A program made the position numbers and the translations under genes. From Camelus dromedarius (taxonomy: Eukaryota): a stretch of 64,000 nt of DNA. Within the stretch, counting starts at the first letter, position 1, and each line of letters begins with the position of its first letter. The stretch spans positions 17,300,001-17,364,000 of the forward strand of contig NC_087437.1 of assembly GCF_036321535.1 (NCBI RefSeq), in the 5' to 3' direction. This document shows positions 39,036 through 51,194 of this stretch, piece by piece. The notes under the pieces were generated by a model. The model was not told the origin of the DNA, did not search any database, and worked only from the letters and a program-made list of their open reading frames with translations.

Positions 39036-39519
39036 CCAAAATTGGTTTCACAGTCCTGTGTATCAAGGGGAGCCCTGCTGAGGAAAGCTGCCTGCTGACC
39101 CAGACTCTGAACCATGCTGTAAATGCGGGCCTTCCTTCCTGGGCAAGGAAATAAAACGCTTGCCATGAAAACCTCTGGGATACTCTCGCTAATATAAAAC
39201 TATTTAAAATAATTCTGTTGTCAATTGTCAGATTTTCTTATCCATGCTAAAACAAACAAACAAACAAACAAAAAACTGTCCTCTCAAAGTCTTTTCTCAG
39301 TGAGCCCTAAATAATTTGAACAAAGGACTCTCAGTGGAGAGTTAGAAAATCTATTCTCACGGTTCAGTAATTTGTTGAACTTCTGTTCAATCCAGTTATT
39401 CTCTGAAAGTGTACAGATTCCAGCTAAGAAAGACAGTCTATAAATACAATAAAAGCTTCCATTTCTAGGCTCCTATGAATACTCCAGGCACTTTCTGTGC
39501 ACTTGTTTGACAAACAATT

Positions 39520-39770
39520 ATGTGTCACTTACTATGTACAAGGTACTGTTCTAAGCACTTTGTACCCATTAATTCATTCAATCCTCATAATAAGCCTATG
39601 AGGCATCTTCTATTGTCATCCCCATTTTACAGACGAGGAAATTGAGGTTCAGAGATGTTAAGTGACTTGTCCATGGTCACACAGCTAGTAAGCTATAAGA
39701 GACAAAATTCAAGCCCAGGTTGCCTAATTTCAGAATCTGTGCTCTTAACCAAGTTGCCACACTGCCTCTT
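39520..39770 (-). mobile_element. MIR SINE
   Basis: CCCCATTTTACAGACGAGGAAATTGAGGTTCAGAGATGTTAAGTGACTTG core. Confidence 0.88.
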
Positions 39771-40361
39771 TTAATCCCTTCAATAGTTTAATAAAATGGA
39801 TATTAGTATGCTTACTGGATTGGATACTGAGTCTTAGTCAGGTAACAGGTCTCTATGGCATCTTCAGTCCTGACCACATTCTGACTCTGGGAAATTCTGG
39901 AAACTCTTCTAAGGTTTCAAATCAAATTTCATCTTCTACCTCTCCAAACACACATTCATACAGTCACAGGAAATTTACAATGCTTCTCTCAAAATTATCT
40001 TTAGGGGATTAAGAGTTCCAATCTTTATAGATACCTTATTTTGAAGTGATGATCTAAGGCATGCACTGGTAGGAATTGAATATGCAAACTTAATTAGCTT
40101 AATTAATTAGAAGAGAGTGCTTCTGTTAAGATCACAAAGTAACTGCTCTTTAAAGTATGAGCTGGTAATTGGGAATATGGTAACTCAAATGCTTAAAGCA
40201 TTTGAATTGTAGTATTCTAAGAAGGTGCTCTCAGAATATGGAAGAGTAATTATCTTCCACAGGTGAGAAGTCAGTCAGTAGGAAGAAGACAGAAGTTAAC
40301 ACTCTAAAGTTGAGGGTCACTTTTCCCAAGCCAAATTGTGAGTCCCTTGAACATAGAATAG

Positions 40362-40475
40362 TGGAGTGACCAAAAATCCTGGTTGGCCTGGGACTCTTCT
40401 GATTTTAGCACTGAAAGTCCCTCATCCCAAGGAAACCTTTCAGTCCTGGGAAAACTGGGGTGTTTGGTCACCCTA
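40362..40475. mobile_element. hAT-Blackjack MITE (MER81-like)
   Basis: TIRs TGGAGTGACC / GGTCACCCTA, 114 bp. Confidence 0.7.
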
Positions 40476-40881
40476 ATAGAGGGCCAGTTTTGAATGACAA
40501 TTTGTGGGAGAAATTCCCTGTTGGATGGAGAAGGGGAGCTGAGGGGAGAGGTGAGGGGGCATCCTAGGTAGAAGGAGCAGTCTGAGCAAAGGCGTGGGGT
40601 ACAGAGTGTTACAGTGACTTGTGGGGGGAGGTGCAAGAATCCTGTAAGGCTCTAGTTTGGAGTTGGGAGGGGAGGCTGAGAGGAAAAGTGAGACCAAGGG
40701 AGGTGGCTGGCCAGTTACAAAGCTGATAGAATCTGAAATGGGCAGATAGAACTTTATGAGCCTGGCTCAATGCCAAGTTTTTCCTCTGTGCTAAGGAGAA
40801 TTATCAGAACCGGGAGCCCTTTTATGGTGATAGTGGCCCTTTTGAGTCTCGGTTAACTTAAAACAAAACAGAATCTTAACT

Positions 40882-42104
40882 CAGTGGTCTTGAAATATTT
40901 TTGCTCTTATCTTCTCTAAAATAATTTGAAAACTGTGTATCCCATGCATATTTTGCATGTTTAATCATTGCAAATGATATACTTTCTGGCACTTTATAAA
41001 TATTGGTATTTAAAAATAAACTCTTATATCATTCTTTTAAATGAGTCCAGTGGAATCTAAATACCAAAGCAATTCAATACCATCCTCCAACTAACATCCA
41101 TTTAAAATATACACAAACAACCTCTTTTTCAGTAGAAAATTCTGCATTGCAAAATTGCATTGCATCTTTTTTTCTCCTTGAACTTTTACTTCCATTTCAC
41201 TGCTTCCACAGAATTTTATCCTAATATATTTTTATACTTCGAAGTCTTTTATTGATCATACTATCATACTTCTTTGTTATAAAAATTATGTATATAAATA
41301 GAAATGAAATTTTAAAACATTTGCTATGACCGTTAGATTTTAACTACTTAAAGTTCTTCTGGATTGAGTTATCATTACAATGAATATAATTACACATTTG
41401 ATTAAAACAATATAAATATATCACAAACTTTGATAAGTAGTAGTAAACATTAGAATAAAAATTTATTGGAGGAAGTTTATTACTGAGGTGGACAGCTACT
41501 TTTAAAAGCGGTTCATGAATGGATGGATGAAAATTATTTGTTGCTGGAATAAGATAGCATCCAGCATCAATCATATTCCTTTTTTGTTTGCTTATGTATG
41601 TGTGAGCCCTGAGAAATCTTATTTATATAAATAAGATGATGGAAACGGAAGGCATTTTGTTATAAACAAATGTCACTCAATGCTTCAAACTCCTCTTAAG
41701 TTATATGCCAAAAAACCAGCAGAATGATATATTATAAAAATTTATTTTTGTTGAGCTGTCAGCTGATAACTTGATTAGATCCTCCTTCAATTTTATTGAA
41801 GAAAGAATAGGAAACACCTGGCTTATAAAAGTTTTGTTATCCCACTTTCTCAACACCAACACCAAAACATCACCCCCGTCCCATACATGCACACCTTTTT
41901 TTAGATGCACCATAGTAAGATTCAGGATGGGTGATGATGAGTGTGCCTTTCTCCTGTAAAGAGGAAGAAGTTTAACTGCAAAATGGTAGTTATGAATAGA
42001 AGAACCTGCAGGATACAAACCCACATCAATCATTTAGAAAAAAATTAGTGAGAAAGTCTTCATATGCTTCCAGGGTTGCATGGGGCCTGAGGTTGAGACC
42101 ACTG
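40882..42104 (-). mobile_element. Charlie-type hAT transposon, internally deleted
   Basis: TIRs CAGTGGTCT / AGACCACTG, TCTTA on both flanks; minus-strand remnant LKEDLIKLSADSS...LPFPSSYL...RNMIDA resembles the hAT dimerisation domain. Confidence 0.75.
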
Positions 42105-42584
42105 TCTTAGGAGATGTTGTTGCTGACCCGTGTGGGATCTAGGATCTGGTCCGGAATCAACTTCCTAAACAAGGATTTTCTAAGGAAAAAGAAAACCCCT
42201 TCTGGATCATGCCATATTGGCCTTTGCCTTAAACATGCTTGTCTTAGCCGGCTCTTCCACCTTGAACTTTCTGTCTCTGTGTCGTGACCCATCTTCAGCT
42301 CTGCTTCTTAACCTTGGGCCCTCCACTGGTGGCTGTCATCCATAGATGAAAAACACCAGGGGATGTCTTTCCTGTCTGTACCCTGATTCAAGAGGCTGAC
42401 CCCAGGAAGAGTCCAATGGAGTTATTATCTGTGATGGTGGGAGGCAGATTCTTGTTTTGAACCTACAGAAAGGGAAATGGGAATGGATCCAGAAGTCTGA
42501 TATCTTTCAGGCTGGGTCCTTGACACAATTTTCCCCAACTCTGACCATGAACATTCTTCTAGAGTCTCTCTGTTTCTTTATTCC

Positions 42585-42648
42585 TTTCTTCCTTCCTTCC
42601 TTCCTCCCTCCCTCTTTTCTTCCTTCCTTCCTTCCTCCCTCCCTCTTT

Positions 42649-42736
<88 letters not shown>

Positions 42737-42755
42737 TTCTTCTCTCTCTCTCTCA
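42585..42755. repeat. (TTCC)n/(TTTC)n microsatellite
   Basis: Directly visible. Confidence 0.97.
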
Positions 42756-42769
42756 CATGTGCACACGTG

Positions 42770-43470
42770 TGCACGTGACAAAGCCTGGAGATGTTTTAAA
42801 CAGCAGGAATCTATTTGGCAGGAATATGAACAATATGCTGAACAGGTCAAGACTAAAAGCAGTAAGACCACTCAGAAGACATTTATGGTTCATGCAAGAG
42901 ATGCTAATGACCTTAAATCAGGCAGGAACAGTGGAGATGGAAAGAATGGGTGGACTTAGGAGATGTTAAAGAAAAGGAAAGGACTTGTTCAGTGTAACGA
43001 CTGATTGGATGAAGAGGGTGGAGTTCAGGATGAGTTCCACTTTTCTGATACAGGTAACTAGATGAATGATAGTACCACTCACCAACTACATACAAAGGAA
43101 AAATGAATTTGAGAATATGGAAAGTTCAACTTTTGCATGATTATTTTGAGGTGTCTGCTGTATAGATAGAGTAGGCAGTTGGGTCTGGAGCCCAGGAAAA
43201 GGTCTGGGTTAAAGGTACATATTTAGAAATCAGTAGTGTATAGGTGGAAGTTCAAGCCTTGGGATAGGGTTAGATTACCCAGAGAGAGGATGTAGAAAGA
43301 GATGAGGAGAGGGCAAACTCAAAAACACACCCTAAAGTCTGGACAAAGAAGAGAAGCTAGCCAAAGAGGTGATAAAACAGAAGAGCAGTTAGAAGGCGAA
43401 CCTAAAGCGGGAGGGGAGCTCCCAGGAAAACATAAATGGTCCTAGAGTCAAATGTCTAAAACTCTGCATT
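42770..43470 (-). mobile_element. L2 fragment
   Basis: GGAACAGTGGAGATGGAAAG...GGCAGTTGGGTCTGGAGCCCAGG...TAGATTACCCAGAGAGAG, L2 body motifs. Confidence 0.7.
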
Positions 43471-43724
43471 GGATCTCTCCTAGATTGATGCAAACAAAAA
43501 GATTTTGCCCAATTCCATTGCCCCATTAATAATAACCCCGCACCATTTTTCTTCCTCTAAATGCTAAACTTCTGGAAAAAGTTTCTCATTTCTGTCTCCA
43601 ATTCTTCATCGCCAACTCTCCCCTTAGAATCTAGCTATATGACTTCTGTCTTTTCCATTCTACAGATGTTGACCTCTCAACATCCTTCAGGCTATCTTAT
43701 CAATGGTCTTTTCTCATCCCAGTC

Positions 43725-44135
43725 TTTTGGAGATGATGCTAGGAAGCCACAGTAGGGGTGTAGGGAAGTGAGAAAGAAAAAGGAAGAAGGCCAATAAACG
43801 GTGTCCTATTAAGTCAACTACCACTGTGAGTGACTAGAACTTAATGCTGTTGAAGAACTCTGGGAGTCGGTGTAGAACATGGGGTCAGAGTTCTCCTAAG
43901 GGGTGTGGGACGTGGAGTATTTATATACCAACTCTAGTCAGTCTTTGGTTGAGGGCTGTTGCACTGCAGTGAGGATGGGGAAGCATTAATTCCCCAGTAC
44001 ATCTTGCTTGTCACTGTCGGGGCAGAGCAGACTCTCATAGCCAAAGGCATTTAGACTGTTGGATTTAGGAGTCCTGCCCTGTAACTATTAAGACCAAGAG
44101 TATTTGGATGGGGCACTAACTGGGTCTGCCACATC
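43725..44135 (-). mobile_element. LTR33-like ERVL LTR
   Basis: GGGAAGTGAGA...GGCCAATAAACGGTG...TACCACTGTG resembles recalled LTR33. Confidence 0.6.
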
Positions 44136-44834
44136 CCTTCTTCTTGCTCTCCCCAATATCTTTTACTCTGTCCACCACCCCTTATGGAAATATTCTTTTT
44201 TTTTTCTGTCCTGGTACTAGGGTACCAGGTTCTTATTCCCATCTTTGCCCTATAGCCTTAAACAGTTATTTTTCTTTCTTTTACTTCTTAAACAAGAGCA
44301 AACTGGAAGGTAGAACTCCAGTCCTCAGTCCTTTGTTCTTTGTTTCTTTACACACTTACTTGATTGTTTTTCTATCCTCATTAACTTAACTCTTGCTTCT
44401 ATGCAGATTACTCCCAGTGTGTTGTATATAATTATCTTCAACGACTTAGCTGTTGAGATCAAGATTTATTTAAAAGTCTTCAGGATGAAAAAAAAGGCTT
44501 TGGGTATCTTTTATAACTCAACAGACTGAAAAATCTATAAATGTCTGCTGGGAGTCATTCAGGAATTACACTTCCCGCTGACAGTGTGAGAAGCAGACTC
44601 AATATGTGATTCAGCTTGCAATCAATGAAGCATTATGCTTAAAGGAAATAGGAAAGTCTCATACCAATTTAGAATTTGTCACTAACTCAAGCCTGACTCT
44701 TTGTCCAGAAAGAAGTGCAGCTCCCTACTGTCAAGACCTGAGCTCTTGGGATCTTTGCCTGTTTCCTGGGCAGAGTTGTAATTAACAACGTTTGCTATCA
44801 AGAAAAGCAGCATGATGCATGCCCTCAAATCAAG

Positions 44835-44970
<136 letters not shown>

Positions 44971-45271
44971 TGAGGAGGGCAGGAGGGCGGCATGTGAATA
45001 GTGAAGGGTGGGGTGGTGGAGGTGGATTCGGAGGGAATGGTAAAGGGATGGCTTGCGAGCAGGTTCTCAGCTCTGGCTCCATCCATCACACTGGCTCCTC
45101 AGGGAGTAGTGAGGGTTAGGGGGGAGTTTTATACTTTAAGGTTGGGCTTAGTCTTTTTCTGTCATCATTCACAATTTTTCTTTGGCTTCTGTCTTTGACT
45201 CATATTTAAGAATAGAGCACTGAAAATTTGGCTGGAAGCTCTGAGCACATGGGAGAAGCCCCAAGAATTCG

Positions 45272-45301
45272 ATTTATTTATTTATTTATTTATTTATATA
45301 T

Positions 45302-45352
<51 letters not shown>

Positions 45353-47110
45353 TTATTAAAGTATAATCGATTGTACAATATTATGTAAGTTACAGATATA
45401 CAACAGAATGAGTCAAACCTTTCAAAAGTTACACTCCATTTATAGCTATTATAAAATATTGGCTATATCCCCCATGTTGTACAATACCTATCCTTATAGC
45501 TTACTTTATACATGATAGTTTATATCTCTTACACCCCTACCTCTACAATTCCCCTCCCCCTTCCTTCTCCCCACTATTAACCATAGTTTGTACTCTATAT
45601 CTGTGAGTCTGCTTCTTTTCTGTTATATTCACTAGTTTGTTGTATTTTTTAGATTCCAGACATAAGTGATATCATACAGTATTTATCTTTCTCTATCGGA
45701 CTTGTTTCACTCAGCATAATACCCTCCAAGTATGTTCATGTTGAGCAAATGGCAAAATTTCATTCTTTTTATGGCTGAGTAGTATTCCTGTGTGTGTGTG
45801 TGTGTGTGTGTGTGTATCACATCTTTTTTGTCTATTCATCTGTTAATGGTCACTTAGGTTGCTTTCATATCTTGGCAATTGTAAATAATTCTGCTGTGGG
45901 CATTGGAGACCCATGTATCTTTTCGAATTAGTGTTTTTGGGTTTTTTTGGATATATACCCAGGAGTCGAATTGCTGGGTCATGTGGTAGTTCTATTTTTA
46001 GTTTTTTGAGAAAGCTCCATGCCATTTTCCACAATGGCTGCACCAATTTACATTCCCACCAACAGTGTACGAGGGTTCTCTTTTCTCCACACCCTCGCCA
46101 ACATTGTTATTTGTGTTCTTTTTGGTGATATCATTCTGACAGGTGTGAGGTGGTATCTCATTGTGTTTTTGATTTGCATTTCCCTGATGCATAGCGATGT
46201 TGAGCATCTTTTCATGTGCCTGTAGGCCATCTACATTTCCTCTTTGGAAAAATGTTCAGTTCTTCTGCCCATTTTTTAATCACGTTATTTGTTTTTTGAT
46301 GTTGAGTTGTATGAGCTGTTTATGTATGTTGGATATTAACCCCTTATTGGTCATATCATTTACAAATATTTTCCCATTTAGCAGTTAGATTGTCTTTTTA
46401 TTTTGTCGAAGATTTCCTTTACTGTGAAAAGCTTTTAAGTTTAATTAGGTCCTGTTTGTTTATTTTTTGCTTTTATTTCCTTTGCTTTAGGAGACAGATC
46501 CAAAAAAATACTGCTATGATTTATGTCAATGAGTATTCTACCTATGTTTTCCCTTAGGAGTTTTACACTATTAAGTCTTACATTTAAGTCATTAATCCAT
46601 TTTGAGTTTATTTTTGTAAATGGTATTAGAGAAGTTCTGATTTCAGTCTTTTACAGGTAGCTGTCCAGTTTTCCCAGCACCACTTATTGAAGAGACTGTC
46701 TTTTCTCCATTGTGTATTCTTGCCTCCTCTGTCATAGATTAATTGACCAAAAGTGTGTGGGTTTATTTCTGGGCTTTCTATCTTGTTCCACTGGTCTATG
46801 TGTCTGTTTTTGTGCCAGTAGCATACTGTTTTAATTACTGTAGCTTTGTAGTATAGTCTGAAGTCAGGGAGTGTGATTTCTCCAGCTTTGTTCTTTCTCA
46901 AGATTGTTTTGGCTATTGGGGGCTTTTGTGTTCCCATACAAATTTTATTATGATTTGTTCTAGTTCTGTGAAAAATGCCATTGGTATTTTGATAGGGATT
47001 GCATTGAATCTGTAGACTGCCTTGGATCATATGGTAATTTTAACAATATTAATTCTTCCAACCCAAGAACACGGTATATATTTCCATCTGTTTGTGCCAT
47101 CTTTAAATTT
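45272..47110 (-). mobile_element. Cetartiodactyl L1 (ORF2 C-terminal part, 3'UTR, (TTTA)n tail)
   Basis: ORF pieces [17 protein letters not shown]...[25 protein letters not shown]. Confidence 0.93.
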
Positions 47111-47159
47111 TTATATGGCTTATTAAATTTTTTTTGTTTTTGTTTATTTTTTTCTAGAC

Positions 47160-48720
47160 ACTTAAAGACATTCTGCATATATCCCCAAGGTTCTGAAATT
47201 TCACTAAGATATGCCTTGATGTGGGCCTATTTTAGAGTACCATGATGGGTACTCTATGGGCCCTTTCAATCTGCAAACTCTAAGCTATTGTCCTGAATTA
47301 TTTCAAGGATTATTTCCTCCCCCTGTTTTCTCTCTTCTCTCTGGACTCTTCATTTGGATTTTGGATTTCCTGAGCAGGTCTTTTAATTGTCTTTTCCTGC
47401 CCAGTATTCTATCTTTTTGTCTTTTTGTTTCATATCATGGGAGATTGTCCCTTTCCATTGTTTTACTTAGTTAAAAAAAAATTCTACCATAATGTCTTAA
47501 AAGTTCAAGGCTCCCTTTGTGTCCTCTAATTAGTCCTCTTTATAAATATACCGTTTTCCTCTTTTGTTGATGTAATATCCTTCTCTCTGAGAATTTCAGT
47601 TATTAAAAAATTTTTTTCTCCCTAGATGGGCTCTATTTCCTCAAAGTTATCTTTATCTGTGTGTTTGATTTGGTCTCTCTGAGGCTTTCCACAGAGGTGT
47701 GGTGTTCTTTGACTTCTGCTTATATTTAAGGATGAGGTGTAAAAAGCTGACTGGAAGCTCTGAACACATGGATTGGGGCTCATTAGTTCTGGATTTCACA
47801 GTACTGTGGTCTAGCAAGGCCAATGGTTAGTAAATCCCTATGTCAGAATTTTGAAGTCTTTCTCATAAGCTTGTCAGAATGCTCAGAGAAAGTTTTTCCA
47901 GGCTCCTGAATAGTATAGGCCTGGCTGCCAGCATTCTGGGAGCTGACAGGGAGAAGAGGGCTAATGGTTTTAACATTCAGTATGTGAACATTCACAACCT
48001 CCTGTTTCCCACACGGTTTTCCCTGACCTCAGTTGGGCTTGATGCCCCCCAGGGCAGAGGCCCTCAGATTTTCCTTCTCCAGACAGTGTTCCTCTTCGCT
48101 CTCAGAAGGAAGGTCTCAAGTCTCCCACTAGGGTCGGGGAGAGAGAGTTTCCCTGCTGTGTGGACTGGGAAGGGCATCTGGGGAACTGATAGCTTCTTAA
48201 AAGAACTTTCAATTAGTCCCTTTTATCTCAATCCCTTACTTTGATCCCACTATCAGTGGTACCTGGTGCTGCCAATTCACAAGCCCTTTGGGTTTTACAG
48301 TGTAAATCAGGCTGCTGCTTATCTTCTACGGTCACTCCCTTAGGATTCAGTTTACTAAAGTCTGCTAAGCCAGTTAGTGCTTGTCCAGGCATTTTCTAAC
48401 TTCCAAGCTTTGTTGATTGATTGATTGAAGTATAGTCAGTTTTACAATGTTGTGTCAGTTTGTAGTGTACGGCATAATGATTCAGTTATATATATATATA
48501 TATATATTCATTTTCATATTCTTTTTCACTATAGGCTATTTTAACGTATTGAATATAGTTCCCTGTGCTCTACAGTAGGACCTTGTTGTTATCTACAAAC
48601 TTCCAAAATTTAGTTGTTGTTGTCTTCTCTTCTTTTCTCTTTGTCTTTGTAGGTATAGTCTTAAAAAAAAATCCCTTCCTAGTTGTTTTAGAGAGATTTT
48701 GAGAGAGGGGAGAGGTTACT
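47160..48720 (-). mobile_element. HAL1/L1M 5' region relic with a nested L1 tail (48420-48597)
   Basis: TTCTGAAATTTCACTAAGATATGCCTTGATGTGGGCC...GGCCCTTTCAATCTG motifs. Confidence 0.55.
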
Positions 48721-49844
48721 TCCAGGTTTCTGATTGTCGTCCTAATATGGGTGTCATGGGACAAAACTTTGGATGCTCCACCCTAGTTAGGGCCCTCCTC
48801 TAGGATACAGAGGTGGTGAGAGAGAGAACTGGGTCCCTGGAGGAGCTTCAGAAGAAGGGAATTCTGTGAACCTAGAATATTCAAGCTTTCCCAGGCCAAA
48901 GAGCATGGGGATCCTTGCAGTGAAGTCCACACCACCCCCTGGGGCTGCGCACGTGCTATCTAAGGCTCACTGGAGTATCTATAGAGGAGGGAAGGGCCCA
49001 CCACAGAATCTTGTCCTCCACGTCCCTGATCATTCTGCAGTTCCCTGTGTACACTCACCTCTTCCTTAACCCCATTCAGCCTGAATGAGGGTGTCTTGAT
49101 GATCTTTCCTGTTCTAGAAAATATAAGAACTTTTCACCGATAGCTCCTCATTGGTGAACTGCTAAAAACAAAATCAGTATCTTCGAACATTTTAGAATGC
49201 TGTGGGTGGAAAGAGCTTAGAGAACAGCAAGTTTAATCCTGCTATTTAGAGCTGAGGAACTGGTAGGTCCAGAGGAGTTAATTGATTTACTCAAGGTCAC
49301 AAGTTGCAGAGCAGCGGAGCTAACAATAGAACTCAGGCCTTCCCCCGCCCAACCTGCCCCCCCCCCCCCCCCCCCCCGTCAGGAGCCTGTGCCCAGCGGT
49401 CACCTGCTGTGTGGGCTGTGGGCAGGCTGCCAATCTGCGCAGTCCGTATCTCCTTAAAGATCATTCAGGTGGCTCATAAACCACCTCACAGCCGAATGAA
49501 GCAGTTTGCTCTAATTTTTATCACATTGATTATTATTACATAGAATATTACATATCCAGTGTGAGCAATCACATCTCAAGTTTTAAAATGAAAAAATCTT
49601 TGAGGATTACTAGGAAGAAAAGAGAAAAGTTATTTTGCATGTAGAAAGCGTGATAGCAGGCTGGCTATTGCTCTTCACCTGTGCTTAGAGAGAGCGCCGA
49701 GGGGAGAAAAAGTCAAAGGGCAGACAGGCAAAGGAGTCAGAAAGGATCTGTACTGGGGGGAAGAGTTGCTAAGATTTTGCTTTTTTAATTCAGTATTGAG
49801 TTTAATGAATGTTTGTTGAGTAGTAAGTCAAGTCAGATCTGGTA

Positions 49845-50355
49845 GACATTGGAGATAGTGGATGTGACTGTGTTTGGTCACCTAACAACACCCATTCCCC
49901 CTTTCTTGGTAATAGTACCTAACGTTTATTCCCATGGTCTGTGGGCTTCAGGGGAACTTTCTGCTTTAGGAATGGAATATGTGATATGTGATATGGGATA
50001 TGGTGTTTATCTTAAGCTAATTAACACCACCCCAATCACCACAATGATTGGACCAGGGAAGGATAAACCCAACCAGGCTAAGCTCAGGACTTTGGTCCAA
50101 CAAGAGGAAGAAGGAAAGTGTTCTCCTTTCCTGTGGACAAGAAAGCATGTGGGTCCCAGAGGCTCTGGTGCTCATCTGAAAACCACAAGGGGAGAAGCCT
50201 GCCAAGACAGAGCCAACAATGAAGAACTGGATTTGAGAAAAACTGGGTCCTAATCCCATCATTCAGCATTTGGATAAAGCCTAGCCTGAAACTCTGGCCT
50301 GTACAGTTATATGAGCAATTTTATCTTGTTATTGCTCAAATCAGAGCATTTTACT
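49845..50355 (+). mobile_element. Old MLT1-type MaLR LTR
   Basis: CCCATTCCCCCTTTCTTGGTAATAG...CAGTTATATGAGCAAT. Confidence 0.55.
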
Positions 50356-51194
50356 TAATTTAAAGTGATATACAACATGTTCTTCTCTTTTGCATTTCTA
50401 TGTATATGACCTTCTCTCTAGTCAGCCAAAATTACCTACTAACCATGAGAGGGGGGAGGATTAGGACTTCTAAAAAAGGAATTTAATGAGAGAAAAAGAG
50501 TCAAAGTTCAATTTGCTACTTGAGTGCAGAAAGGAGAAGAAAGAGAGAGAGTGGGAGTAAAGAGATTCTTGTATTGTGACCTAATGCTTCCCTTGGAAGA
50601 AATTTCAAGGCTATTGAATAGACTGGAGCCAGCTGGCAATAGAAGGGGCTTGGGTTCCACTCCCTGTTTGGAAATGTGGGAGGAGGAAGCCTCATAGGGT
50701 GGCTCTGCACCCCCATAGGATGGTTAAAGAGGAGGGAAAGCTCAGTGTGGCATAGACAAAGTGGATTGGGGGCTGAGATGACAGTCCTGAGTCTACTCAT
50801 ACTCTGCTGTAGTATGGAGAGGGTCCAGAGGCTCCTGCCTGCATTTGGAGTGGGGGATTGGCAGGGAGGTATAGAAAGTAACTGATGGTGCTAGTTGGTC
50901 AGGCCAAAGGGTCGCCATGGTGACCGCAAAGTTACCTCGTAGCCAAAAGGCAAATTACTTGGGCCGGGAATCCTCTGGGAGCCATAGCCAGACATCAGTG
51001 CATCCACAGTGCCAGTAAGAACCCACCAGAGCCCGAGATACTGTTCTCTGTTGCATTTGCTTGACTGTCCCTATTGATGATTCCTCATGTGATTTTTAAT
51101 TTTTTGTTTCTGTATTTTCCTATTTCTCTCTCCTATTTCCTATCTACTGTGGTTGTGGAGGTGCCTGGCAGAGTGTTTGTGTATTTGCATTTTA

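Noticed and set aside
45843..47178. L1 ORF2 peptides as a functional gene
   Set aside because: Fragmented across frames by frameshifts and stops, and 5'-truncated
50400..51130. Possible Gypsy-like or other ancient LTR
   Set aside because: Composition is suggestive, but I could not define termini or a family
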